NCBI GenBank assembly: GCA_013698305.1
Contig: JACCVC010000168.1
Location: 8,737-72,736 of the forward strand
Reading direction: 5' to 3'
DNA from: Chloroflexia bacterium
Lineage (GTDB): Bacteria > Chloroflexota > Chloroflexia > Thermomicrobiales > UBA6265
DNA length: 64,000 nucleotides
Positions 8,609 to 17,122 of the stretch are shown here, in pieces (positions within the stretch are counted from its first letter, which is position 1; every line of letters starts with the position of its first letter). The notes under the pieces are model-generated. The model saw only the letters and a list, made by a program, of their open reading frames with translations, ran no database searches and was not told where the DNA came from. The translations under genes were made by a program, and so were the position numbers.

Positions 8609-10501
8609 TTACCGGCTGATCGTTGGTTCCTCGTCGAGGACACTGATCACCTCGGCGGCCACTTCGTAGCGACCAAAGGAAGGCATGAGGTAAGTACCGT
8701 CGGCGAAGGGCACCAGTTCGCGGAGGAGCTCCTGCGCCATCTGCACGCCTTCCTGGCGACCGCTGGAGCCCGCCTGGCGCATGCGGTCACGCGCCTTGTC
8801 GGTGAGGGTTATACCGGGCACCTCGTTATGAAGAAATTCGGCGTGCCGTGACGACTGCAACGGCAGCACGCCGATCATCACCGGCACCGGAAGCTTCGCC
8901 TCCCCGTAGATCTTCAGAAATCTGGTCCATACGTCGATGTCGAAGATCGGCTGAGTCATGACGAAATCCGCTCCGGACTCGATCTTGTCGTGCAGCCTCC
9001 GCGCTTCTTCCTCGAGGTCCTGCCGCGTTGGGTCGATGGCGCAGGCGATGGTGAAGCTCGCGCCGCGTCCGATCGACGCGCCGAACGAATCCTCACCCTG
9101 GTTGAGGCGGGAGATAATGCGAATGAGGCCGATGGAATCGACATCGTAGACGGCGGTTGACTCGGGGTAATCGCCGAGGTTTGGAGGGTCGCCGGTCAGG
9201 GCAAGGATATTCCGGACGTTGGCGGCGTGGGCGCCCAGCAACTCTGATTGCAGCCCCATGAGGGAGCGGTCGCGGGTGGTGAAGTGAATGATTGTCTCGA
9301 CATCAACCTCGTGCTGGATGAGATAGCACAGCGTCATGGCGCTCATTCGCACCCGCGCCATCGGGCTGTCGGCAACGTTGATCGCATCCACGCCAGCGTC
9401 CTTGAGCAGGCGAGCGCCGTCCAGAGCCTTTTGGGGGTTGAAGCCCTTGGGCGGATCGATCTCGACGCAGCGCAGGAACTTCTTGCCAAGCATCTGCTTG
9501 ATGCTGGTGGGCGCGTCTGACTCCACGTCTATCGGCTGCCTGGGCGCGACAGGACGGATGTGGACTCCAGCAGAGTGCGTGTTCCCCCGACCATTTGCGG
9601 TCGGCTCAGACGTATCGATTGCGACCCGCATGGCGGCGATGTGCTCGCTGGTCGTGCCACAGCAGCCACCGACGATGCGCGCCCCGCGAGAGATCGCATC
9701 GGTTGCAAACGTAGCGAAGTATTCCGGCGAGGATCGATAGATGAGACGCGAGCCGATGATGGTCGGCCAGCCGGCATTGGGAATTGCCGCCAAGGCTGGT
9801 GGGTCGTCCAGGTCCCTGGTCGCGGCGTGCATGTGGTCGATGACGCGCAGCAGCCGCTGAGGACCGACGGAGCAGTTTGCGCCGATGGCCGCGACATTGC
9901 GTTCAGCCAGGGTAGCGACGACCTCACGTGGATCGTGCCCCGACAGGGTGCGACCGTCTTCGGCGAAGGTCATCAGCGAGACGATCGGGAGGTCGGTGCA
10001 GGCGCCAGCGGCGTCGAGCGCTGCGGCCATCTCGTCCAGGCTGCCCATCGTTTCCATGACCAGAAGGTCGACTCCTGCTTCGAGTAACGCCTCGATCTGC
10101 TCCGTGAAGGCGTCTCGGGCATGCTGAGCCGTGAGCGTGCCGATGGGCGCGATGGTGCGTCCCGTGGGTCCGATGGAACCGGCGATCATTACCGATTTTC
10201 CACTGATCTCCCGTTCTTCGCGAGCCAGCTTGACACCACGAAAGGCGATGTCGCGGACCTTGTCCGCGAAACCATGCTGGCCCAACCGAATCCTGTTTGC
10301 GCCAAACGTGTTGGTTTCGATGACGTCGGCGCCGGCGTTGATGTAGGCTCGGTAGACCGCCGATACGATGTCCGGGTGAGAGAGGTTGAGCGCATCGAGG
10401 CACTCATCCAGGGACCGGCCCGCCTCGTACAGCATCGTGCCCATCGCGCCATCGAAGAGGAGTGGTCGCTTGAGAAGCTCAGTGGCAAAGGGATGAGCCA
10501 T
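8609..10501 (-). CDS. yitJ: Bifunctional homocysteine S-methyltransferase / 5,10-methylenetetrahydrofolate reductase (YitJ type)
   Basis: The N-terminal Hcy-binding domain has FDGAMGT, GANCSVGP and GGCCGTT zinc-ligand motifs. The C-terminal half is MetF/MTHFR-like. Start at ATG 10501 (MAHPFATELLKRP). Confidence 0.9.
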   Translation of the reverse strand: MAHPFATELLKRPLLFDGAMGTMLYEAGRSLDECLDALNLSHPDIVSAVYRAYINAGADVIETNTFGANRIRLGQHGFADKVRDIAFRGVKLAREEREISGKSVMIAGSIGPTGRTIAPIGTLTAQHARDAFTEQIEALLEAGVDLLVMETMGSLDEMAAALDAAGACTDLPIVSLMTFAEDGRTLSGHDPREVVATLAERNVAAIGANCSVGPQRLLRVIDHMHAATRDLDDPPALAAIPNAGWPTIIGSRLIYRSSPEYFATFATDAISRGARIVGGCCGTTSEHIAAMRVAIDTSEPTANGRGNTHSAGVHIRPVAPRQPIDVESDAPTSIKQMLGKKFLRCVEIDPPKGFNPQKALDGARLLKDAGVDAINVADSPMARVRMSAMTLCYLIQHEVDVETIIHFTTRDRSLMGLQSELLGAHAANVRNILALTGDPPNLGDYPESTAVYDVDSIGLIRIISRLNQGEDSFGASIGRGASFTIACAIDPTRQDLEEEARRLHDKIESGADFVMTQPIFDIDVWTRFLKIYGEAKLPVPVMIGVLPLQSSRHAEFLHNEVPGITLTDKARDRMRQAGSSGRQEGVQMAQELLRELVPFADGTYLMPSFGRYEVAAEVISVLDEEPTISR

Positions 10502-10637
10502 CGATACACTCCTGTCGAAAGAGCCCAGTTTGGCGGCAGAAATGAGATAGTAAAGGATGGATCGCCAGGGAACGGGTACGTCGTTACCGGAACAGTTTAG
10601 AATACCTGGCATGAGTGTAGGCGGGAACGGCAGCCCG

Positions 10638-10666
10638 TTGACATGATCGCCGAACCCACCTAGGGT
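10638..10666 (+). promoter_or_regulatory. Candidate sigma-70-type promoter upstream of cphB
   Basis: TTGACA (10638-10643), 17-nt spacer, TAGGGT (10661-10666), about 100 nt upstream of the cphB start. Confidence 0.3.
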
Positions 10667-10767
10667 ACAGCGACGTTTTCTGGATCGTCACGCCTTGAGT
10701 CACATCAGCGTTTGCCACAGCGCCTGTACATACAGGATCGCCGCGGGCTTGTCAGGATTAGTCAGAG

Positions 10768-11625
10768 ATGCGCATCGTCGACACGGCCCGTTCCTCCACT
10801 ACCTCCGAGCGTACGACCTCCTCAGACAGTGAATCTACGCGCGGTGTCCTGATGGCGATCGGCGGCGCTGAAGACAAGATGGACGACAAGGTCATTTTGT
10901 CCGCGTTTTCCCACCTCGCAGGCGGGAAGAAGGCTCGAATCGCGATAGTCCCAACCGCATCGTCGATCGAGACGGCGGGGCTGCGATATAAGGCCATCTT
11001 CCTTGGCATGGGGGTGGAGTCTGCTGAGGTCGTCTATATCCAGAGCCGGGAGGACGCCAGCTCCGATGACATCATCAAGGAATTGGACACCGCCACCGGG
11101 ATCTTCTTGACCGGCGGCAATCAACTGAAGCTGTCAGCCATGATCGGTGGCACGCGGTTCGAAGAATGCGTGCGGCGGCGGCACCAGCAGGGCGTGGTGA
11201 TAGCAGGTACCAGCGCCGGCGCGTCGATCCTGTCAGCGCACATGGTCGCGGGAGGCGCGGGAGGCGCGGTGCCCAAGCAGCGCATGGCGCAGATGGTGGC
11301 CGGGTTCGGGCTGATCTCTGACCTGATCATCGACCAGCATTTCCGGCAACGGAACCGGATCGGGCGGCTGCTGACATTGGTTGCGACCAATCCGGGGTTG
11401 CTCGGCATCGGCATTGACGAAGATACCGCTGCGGTGTTCGATACAGACGGTACGATGGAGGTCATCGGGCGGCATAGCGTCACCATCGTCGATGGCTCGC
11501 AGATGTACAGCGACATCTATCGCGTCAAGGGGCATGGGGAGGTGACGGTCAGTGATGCGAGGTTGCATGTGCTTCCCGCCGGTCGCCGCTTTGACCTGGG
11601 GACGCGAGCCCTCATTCCGGATTAA
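10768..11625 (+). CDS. cphB: Cyanophycinase (peptidase S51)
   Basis: IGGAEDK, FLTGGNQLKL and the GTSAGAS serine-nucleophile motif. The N-terminal 28 residues are Ser/Thr-rich and the start is uncertain (alternative ATG 10852). Confidence 0.9.
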   Translation: MRIVDTARSSTTSERTTSSDSESTRGVLMAIGGAEDKMDDKVILSAFSHLAGGKKARIAIVPTASSIETAGLRYKAIFLGMGVESAEVVYIQSREDASSDDIIKELDTATGIFLTGGNQLKLSAMIGGTRFEECVRRRHQQGVVIAGTSAGASILSAHMVAGGAGGAVPKQRMAQMVAGFGLISDLIIDQHFRQRNRIGRLLTLVATNPGLLGIGIDEDTAAVFDTDGTMEVIGRHSVTIVDGSQMYSDIYRVKGHGEVTVSDARLHVLPAGRRFDLGTRALIPD

Positions 11626-11757
11626 TGCCTGGATAGTATGATCATCAACAGAACGCAATCGCGGAACTGGTGAATCAACGCTGGTGTCTTCCGGCAGGTT
11701 GATATTCGACAGCCGGGCCACCGCGACCCCGGCCTCTTGCGGAAATGGAGCAGGACC

Positions 11758-14427
11758 ATGTTGGAGGTACGCACAACGACGGTCTATCGAGGTCCAAGTG
11801 TGTGGGCGCGGATGCCGGCAATTCACTATGTGCTGGATATCGGGGAGCTGGAAGAGCGACCTTCCAACGCCGTTCCGGGATTCTACGAGCATCTGACCGA
11901 GCTGATACCTTCTTTGTACGACCATCGCTGCTCGGTCGGACGCGCTGGTGGATTCCTGCAGCGGATGCGCGAAGGCACCTGGATGGGCCACGTGCTGGAG
12001 CATGTCGCCCTTGAAATCCAGAATCTCGCCGGAGCCGACGTTGGCCGTGGCAAGACCCGGAGCACGACAGAGCGAGGCGTCTACAACGTCATATTCCAGT
12101 ATGACCAAGAGGACGTAGGGCTCGCCGCCGGGCAGATGGCGGTTCGGATGCTGAATCACCTAATCTATGGTGAGCCGTCGGATTTTGAGTACGAAGCCGA
12201 GCTGGAGTCGGTCATCCTGCTTGCCGAACGGCTGGCGTACGGCCCTTCGACCGGCGCGATAGTCCAGGAAGCTAACCGACGAGGAATCCCGGTGCTGCGG
12301 CTTGATCCGCAACGGTCGCTGGTGCAGCTTGGGCATGGCAAGTACCAGAAGTGCATCTGGGCGACGGTGACCTCAGCGACCGCCAACATCGCGGTCGACG
12401 TGGCAAAGAACAAGGAGCTGACCAACCGGCTGCTGCTGGAGGTCGGTATCCCGGTGCCGCGATCCATGGTCGTGACCAGCGCCGATGGCGCGGTTCAGGC
12501 GGCGCGGCGGATCGGCTATCCCGTCGTGATCAAGCCGCTCGACGGCAACCACGGTCGAGGAGTCTTTATCAACCTCGCGGACGAGGATGAAGTGCGGGAG
12601 TTCTTTCCCAGCGCTCGGTCTGAAAGCCGGGACAGGACCGTCATCGTCGAGTCGTTCATCGAGGGCCGGGACTACCGGATTCTTGTGGTGAACAACGAAG
12701 TTGTGGCGGTGTCAGAGCGCGTGCCCGCGCACGTCACCGGCGATGGCGAACACACGATCGGCGAACTGATCCAGATCGAGAACAGCGATCCGAGGCGTGG
12801 CGTCGGTCATGAAAAGATTTTGACCCGGATCACGGTCGACTCGCAGACAATGGAAGTGCTGGAGCGGGACAACCGGTCCCTCGATGACGTTCCCGAGAAA
12901 AGCGCTTTCGTCCAACTCAAGCTGACCGGAAACATGAGTACCGGCGGCACGTCGATCGACCGTACCGACGAAATTCATCCGGACAACATGGAGATCGCCC
13001 GTCAGGCGGCAATGGTGGTGGGGCTGGACATCGCCGGCATCGATTTCATCACGACCGACATTGCCGAGAGTGTCCGCACCAGCGGTGGGGCGATCTGCGA
13101 GGTCAACGCCGGGCCGGGCTTCCGCATGCATACTAACCCCACCGAGGGCCACCCTCGCCACGTCGGGCGGGCGGTTGTCGACATGCTGTTCGCGCGGGGC
13201 AAGCCCTCGCGGGTGCCGATCGTTGCGGTGACGGGGACCAATGGCAAGACGACGACCTCTCGCATGATTGCGCACATCATGAAGGCGGCGGGATACCGGG
13301 TCGGACTCACCACCACGGACGGCATCTATATCGACGGCACCCAGATCCTCTCTGGGGACATGAGCGGTCCGGGCAGCGCCAGGATGGTGCTCAAAAACCC
13401 CGCGATTGACTATGCCGTGTTCGAGACGGCGAGAGGTGGCATCCTGCGCTCTGGTCTTGGCTACGACCGTTGCAACATCGCCGTCGTCACCAACATCGCC
13501 AGCGACCATCTCGGTTTGCGCGGCGTGAACTCGTTGTCGGAACTGGCGCGAGTGAAGGCCGTTGTCCCACAAAGCGCGCTGCGAGATGGCGCAAGCGTTT
13601 TGAACGCCGACAACGAGTGGGTCGTCGAGATGGAAGGGAGCGCGCGCGGGGAGATCATCTACTTCAGCATGGACGAAGGCAACCCGGTGATTCAGGATCA
13701 CATCCGGCAGAAGGGCAAGGCCGTGCTGCTGCGCCAGACGCCGACCGGCGAGATGATCACGGTGGTCGAGAACAGGCGGGAGACATCGCTGGTGCTGGCG
13801 AGCCAGATTCCGGCCACATTCGAAGGACGGGCGCGGGTCAACATCGCCAACGCGCTCGCCGCGACTGCCGCGGCGGTCGCGGATGACATTCAGCTGGATT
13901 ACATCCGGCAGGCGCTGCGAACCTTCAGCAGCAGCTTCTTCCAGACGCCAGGGCGGTTCAACCTGATCGACCTCGGAGGGCAGCGAGTGGTGATGGACTA
14001 TTGCCACAACGTCGCCGGTCTGGAGGCGCTTGGCGACTTCGTCTCTCGGATGGAGGCGCCGAGGAGCATTGCCGTGATCTCAATTCCCGGCGACCGATCC
14101 GATGAGGACATGCGAATGTTCGGCGAGCTGGCTGCCAGGACGTTCGACCGCATCATTATCCGGGAGGATGACAACACTCGCGGTCGGCCCGCCGGGGAGA
14201 TTGCCGGTCGCCTGAAAGATGCGTTGCTGGTGGGGGGTATGGCTGAGTCGCTGATAGAGATCGAGCTGGACGAACTGGAAGCGTCACGCCGGGCGGTTGA
14301 TTCAAGCGAAAAGGATGAGCTCGTCGTGCTGCTGGTCGACAAGCCGACCAAGATCTGGGAGATGCTGACCAACCGCCGGACGTCGAGTGCGCCCAGGGTC
14401 ACTGGCCAGTCACAGAATGGAGTGTAG
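11758..14427 (+). CDS. cphA: Cyanophycin synthetase
   Basis: 889 aa. N-terminal CphA domain (VYRGPSVWA...), ATP-grasp central domain and Mur-ligase-like C-terminal domain (VTGTNGKTTT). GGAGCAGG RBS before ATG 11758. Confidence 0.95.
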   Translation: MLEVRTTTVYRGPSVWARMPAIHYVLDIGELEERPSNAVPGFYEHLTELIPSLYDHRCSVGRAGGFLQRMREGTWMGHVLEHVALEIQNLAGADVGRGKTRSTTERGVYNVIFQYDQEDVGLAAGQMAVRMLNHLIYGEPSDFEYEAELESVILLAERLAYGPSTGAIVQEANRRGIPVLRLDPQRSLVQLGHGKYQKCIWATVTSATANIAVDVAKNKELTNRLLLEVGIPVPRSMVVTSADGAVQAARRIGYPVVIKPLDGNHGRGVFINLADEDEVREFFPSARSESRDRTVIVESFIEGRDYRILVVNNEVVAVSERVPAHVTGDGEHTIGELIQIENSDPRRGVGHEKILTRITVDSQTMEVLERDNRSLDDVPEKSAFVQLKLTGNMSTGGTSIDRTDEIHPDNMEIARQAAMVVGLDIAGIDFITTDIAESVRTSGGAICEVNAGPGFRMHTNPTEGHPRHVGRAVVDMLFARGKPSRVPIVAVTGTNGKTTTSRMIAHIMKAAGYRVGLTTTDGIYIDGTQILSGDMSGPGSARMVLKNPAIDYAVFETARGGILRSGLGYDRCNIAVVTNIASDHLGLRGVNSLSELARVKAVVPQSALRDGASVLNADNEWVVEMEGSARGEIIYFSMDEGNPVIQDHIRQKGKAVLLRQTPTGEMITVVENRRETSLVLASQIPATFEGRARVNIANALAATAAAVADDIQLDYIRQALRTFSSSFFQTPGRFNLIDLGGQRVVMDYCHNVAGLEALGDFVSRMEAPRSIAVISIPGDRSDEDMRMFGELAARTFDRIIIREDDNTRGRPAGEIAGRLKDALLVGGMAESLIEIELDELEASRRAVDSSEKDELVVLLVDKPTKIWEMLTNRRTSSAPRVTGQSQNGV

Positions 14428-14434
14428 AAGCGCG

Positions 14435-14965
14435 ATGCAGGCAACCGGAGGCGTGTTGAGCCGCGAGGAACTGATCGCACGGATCATGGACGGCGAGCGA
14501 CCGTTGTTGACCCATATGCCGTCGTTCGCCGATCAGGTGCAACCCAATGGCGTGGACCTGACGCTCTCGGGTGTCCATCGGCACACAGGACTGGGTAGCA
14601 TCGCACGGGACAACTCGGGACGGGTGCTGCCGGAGCTTGTGGAACTTCAGCCTGAAGAGGGGTGGTTCCATCTCACGCCTGGTCCCTGGCACATCACCTA
14701 CAACGAGATCGTCGACCTGCCGGACAATCTGATGGCGCTGGGCCGACCTCGGTCCAGTCTTGGACGCTCCGGGGTCACCATCCACACGGCGGTTTGGGAT
14801 GCCGGGTATCGGGGCCGGTCCACATCATTGCTGCAGGTATTGAACCCGGCGGGATTCGTGGTCGAGCTGAACGCTCGGGTGATGCAATTGGTGTTCTTCT
14901 CACTCAACACCGCGACGGTTGAAGGGTACAGTGGGAAGTATCAGGACGAGAATATCGAACGCTAG
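14435..14965 (+). CDS. dCTP deaminase / dUTPase-superfamily protein
   Basis: QPNGVDLTL, GRPRSSLGRSGV and DAGYRG motifs are typical of the DCD/archaeal-type dUTPase family. Starts 8 nt after the cphA stop. Confidence 0.8.
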   Translation: MQATGGVLSREELIARIMDGERPLLTHMPSFADQVQPNGVDLTLSGVHRHTGLGSIARDNSGRVLPELVELQPEEGWFHLTPGPWHITYNEIVDLPDNLMALGRPRSSLGRSGVTIHTAVWDAGYRGRSTSLLQVLNPAGFVVELNARVMQLVFFSLNTATVEGYSGKYQDENIER

Positions 14966-15249
14966 CGGGCGGCGCGGTCGGGGTCGTTGGACCGGGAAAA
15001 ATCCGGTCGTTGAGGTGCCTGTTCCGGCGCCGGAATCTGGGTTCGCCGCACGTTGCGCTCGCCAGTCTCGTTGCAGTCCGGCAAAGGACAGTAGTATATC
15101 AGGGCGTACTCTTCTTCTGACGTTCCCGCAAACCTGGTGGGTCGCCCGATCTTGCCACGAAGGTCCATTTTGAGGTCGTGGGCAGGACAGACCGGTGTCT
15201 TCGCTTCATCCAGTTTGCGACCGAGGATCAAATCGAACAGGTTGGGCAT
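14962..15249 (-). CDS. Hypothetical small Cys/His-containing protein (possible zinc-binding)
   Basis: 95 aa. GGAG RBS 10 nt before ATG 15249. CPAH...CPLPDC arrangement. No family recognised. Confidence 0.5.
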   Translation of the reverse strand: MPNLFDLILGRKLDEAKTPVCPAHDLKMDLRGKIGRPTRFAGTSEEEYALIYYCPLPDCNETGERNVRRTQIPAPEQAPQRPDFSRSNDPDRAAR

Positions 15250-15331
15250 CGTCGTATACTCCAGGGCTGGACAAGACGGTTGCGGCGGCGATCATAACGG
15301 AAGCAAGTATACGGGAAGGATCGGATCACGC

Positions 15332-15823
15332 GTGCCCGACTCAGACCAAAACGTGAGCGAACGTCCCATTTCACCGTTCAAACCGATACCTGAGCACCTG
15401 TATGACGCGCTCGTAGCGACGATACGGGCAACGCTTGGGAACGATTGGGGTGTCGCCAAGCGACCGCAGAACGTTCATGTTCGCCAGATACGAGAACGCT
15501 TGAAGACTCTGACGGGCGCCTATATGGCGGGGAATCCGGAGCTGGATCAGCATGGCCTGCACATTGAGGTGTGGGTGGATTTCTCCGAGCTTGATCCGTC
15601 ACGGGCGGATACGGTGGCGGTCGAGGTCCTGGACGGATTGGGAGCGCAGGAAGTTCTGTTGCTCTGCCGGAGCTATGAGGAGGAAGGCATCCGGTATCGG
15701 TTTGCGAGCGGTACGATGGATGCCGGCGTGATAGGAAGCATGCGACTGATCGGACCCAACGCCCGCGATATCGCGCGGCTCGGCCAGATAGGAAGTGGAC
15801 AGAGCACCGAGTTCAGCGCGTAG
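15332..15823 (+). CDS. Hypothetical protein
   Basis: GC3-rich frame. GTG 15332 is preceded by GGAAGGA. Divergent from the small Cys/His protein. No family recognised. Confidence 0.55.
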   Translation: MPDSDQNVSERPISPFKPIPEHLYDALVATIRATLGNDWGVAKRPQNVHVRQIRERLKTLTGAYMAGNPELDQHGLHIEVWVDFSELDPSRADTVAVEVLDGLGAQEVLLLCRSYEEEGIRYRFASGTMDAGVIGSMRLIGPNARDIARLGQIGSGQSTEFSA

Positions 15824-15871
15824 TTGTATCCGGGCATATCGTTGTATTGACGACAGGAGAGCGGAACATTC

Positions 15872-16237
15872 ATGACCCATACGGTACAAGTCGAAGGCGA
15901 AGAGAGATTTGACGTTGAGCCGGGCCGGCGTCTGGTGTTGGCGATCGAGGATGCGGGAATCGATATCCTTCACCGTTGCGGTGGCAACGCCAGATGCACG
16001 ACCTGCAGGGTCGAGGTGCTCGAGGGTGATTGTGGTCCCATGACTGAGGCGGAGACTACCCGGCTCGAAACTGTGTCGGAACGACTGGACACGACACGGC
16101 TGTCCTGCCAGGTGCAGGTCAACGCCGACCTGACCGTGGTCGTGAAGAACCGGCTCCATAGAATGCCGGAGCTGGGCGACTCGGGTCCGAGGCCGATCGA
16201 ATGGCCGAGCGATCGGTCGCTTCCGCCAGAGTCCTGA
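15872..16237 (+). CDS. 2Fe-2S ferredoxin
   Basis: Cluster-ligand pattern C36-x5-C42-x2-C45 ... C79 (HRCGGNARCTTCRV ... LSCQV). Confidence 0.85.
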   Translation: MTHTVQVEGEERFDVEPGRRLVLAIEDAGIDILHRCGGNARCTTCRVEVLEGDCGPMTEAETTRLETVSERLDTTRLSCQVQVNADLTVVVKNRLHRMPELGDSGPRPIEWPSDRSLPPES

Positions 16238-16247
16238 TTCAATAGCG

Positions 16248-16275
16248 TGGGCAGAGGTGGCGCGACCCTGTATAC
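16248..16275 (+). promoter_or_regulatory. Candidate promoter of the SRP RNA gene
   Basis: TGGGCA, 16-nt spacer, TATACT (16270-16275). It ends 5-6 nt before the predicted SRP RNA 5' end. Confidence 0.35.
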
Positions 16276-16280
16276 TTTCT

Positions 16281-16549
16281 GGCGTCGTGCTAGATGGGGA
16301 GTTGGCGGTGCCCTGCACCCGCAATCCGCCATAGCGGGATTGAACTCCCTCTCGAGGTACGGCCCTTTGGGACTGCGGTCGTTACGTGGTGTTGAAGTCT
16401 GGGTCCTGTGCGGCGGGAAACTGTGAATCGGGTCAGGACCGGAAGGTAGCAGCCCTAAGCGGCACTTCTCGGGTGACACGGGGAAGCCCAGGTGGAGCCA
16501 ACGGGCGGTTGAAAGCTGGAGGGCTTGTATCGACAGAGGGTGCACGGCA
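16281..16549 (+). ncRNA. ffs: Signal recognition particle RNA, long Bacillus type with Alu domain
   Basis: Conserved domain IV motif GTCAGGACCGGAAGGTAGCAGCC at 16432-16454. The 5' Alu-domain stretch GTGCTAGATGGGGAG..GGTGCCCTGCACCCGCAATCCGC and the 3' CGACAGAGGGTGCACGG closely parallel B. subtilis scRNA as I recall it. The 5' and 3' ends pair. Ends are good to about 5 nt. Confidence 0.9.
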
Positions 16550-16567
16550 TTCTCGATACAACGAGCA

Positions 16568-16611
16568 GGAACACGGGCGAGGTCATCTGACCTCGCCCGT
16601 GTTCCGTTTTG
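16568..16611 (+). terminator. Rho-independent terminator after the SRP RNA
   Basis: 17-bp perfect stem GGAACACGGGCGAGGTC / GACCTCGCCCGTGTTCC with loop ATCT, followed by GTTTTG. Confidence 0.7.
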
Positions 16612-16622
16612 CATCGTCGGCA

Positions 16623-17072
16623 TCATCGTTTGCGCGTCGCGCTCCGCCTGGGAGGCCGACGGCCCGCCACGCCACGAGCACGGTCGCGGTGCGCTTGCGC
16701 CGCTTCGGACGCCAGGCGCGGCGCAGTTGTCCGAATGTGCCACAGCATCATGGCTGCGGAGATGAGCGCCGCAATGAGCGTCAGGAGCTGCCAGATTCGC
16801 TCTCCGAAGCTGAACGGGTTGATCTGGAGCCATCGCACCACGAAGAAAAAGAGTCCAACCAAGAAGATCCAGATGAACACGCTTGCCCAGGTACGGGCAG
16901 TCGTTCGTCGCAGCAGGTGACGAGACGACAGCACCGCGGGCCGGTTGTACAGCGCGACGGCCATGAAGAGTCCCACCATGCACACCAGCAACAGCGTGAC
17001 CGACAGCCCGCCAAAGGTCTCGCCCGGATTGGGACTGGCGGTGAGGTAATCCCACGAAAACGGATTGTCCAT
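16623..17072 (-). CDS. Hypothetical membrane protein (3 predicted TM helices, Arg-rich tail) downstream of sdhB
   Basis: 149 aa. GAGGGGAG RBS 6 nt before ATG 17072. Hydrophobic segments at about residues 21-42, 61-82 and 93-112. Confidence 0.65.
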   Translation of the reverse strand: MDNPFSWDYLTASPNPGETFGGLSVTLLLVCMVGLFMAVALYNRPAVLSSRHLLRRTTARTWASVFIWIFLVGLFFFVVRWLQINPFSFGERIWQLLTLIAALISAAMMLWHIRTTAPRLASEAAQAHRDRARGVAGRRPPRRSATRKR

Positions 17073-17122
17073 AGATCACTCCCCTCGAATGCGCATCGGA
17101 ACTCCTCATCGAGAAACGGAGA

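Noticed and set aside
10502-10767. Expected SAM-I (S-box) riboswitch upstream of the YitJ-type gene
   Set aside because: I read the coding strand and did not see the conserved SAM-I core or other SAM or THF motifs. This cannot be excluded without a covariance-model search.
11233-14007. 308-aa and 431-aa minus-strand ORFs
   Set aside because: Both are antisense to cyanophycin synthetase (cphA). They are shadow ORFs.
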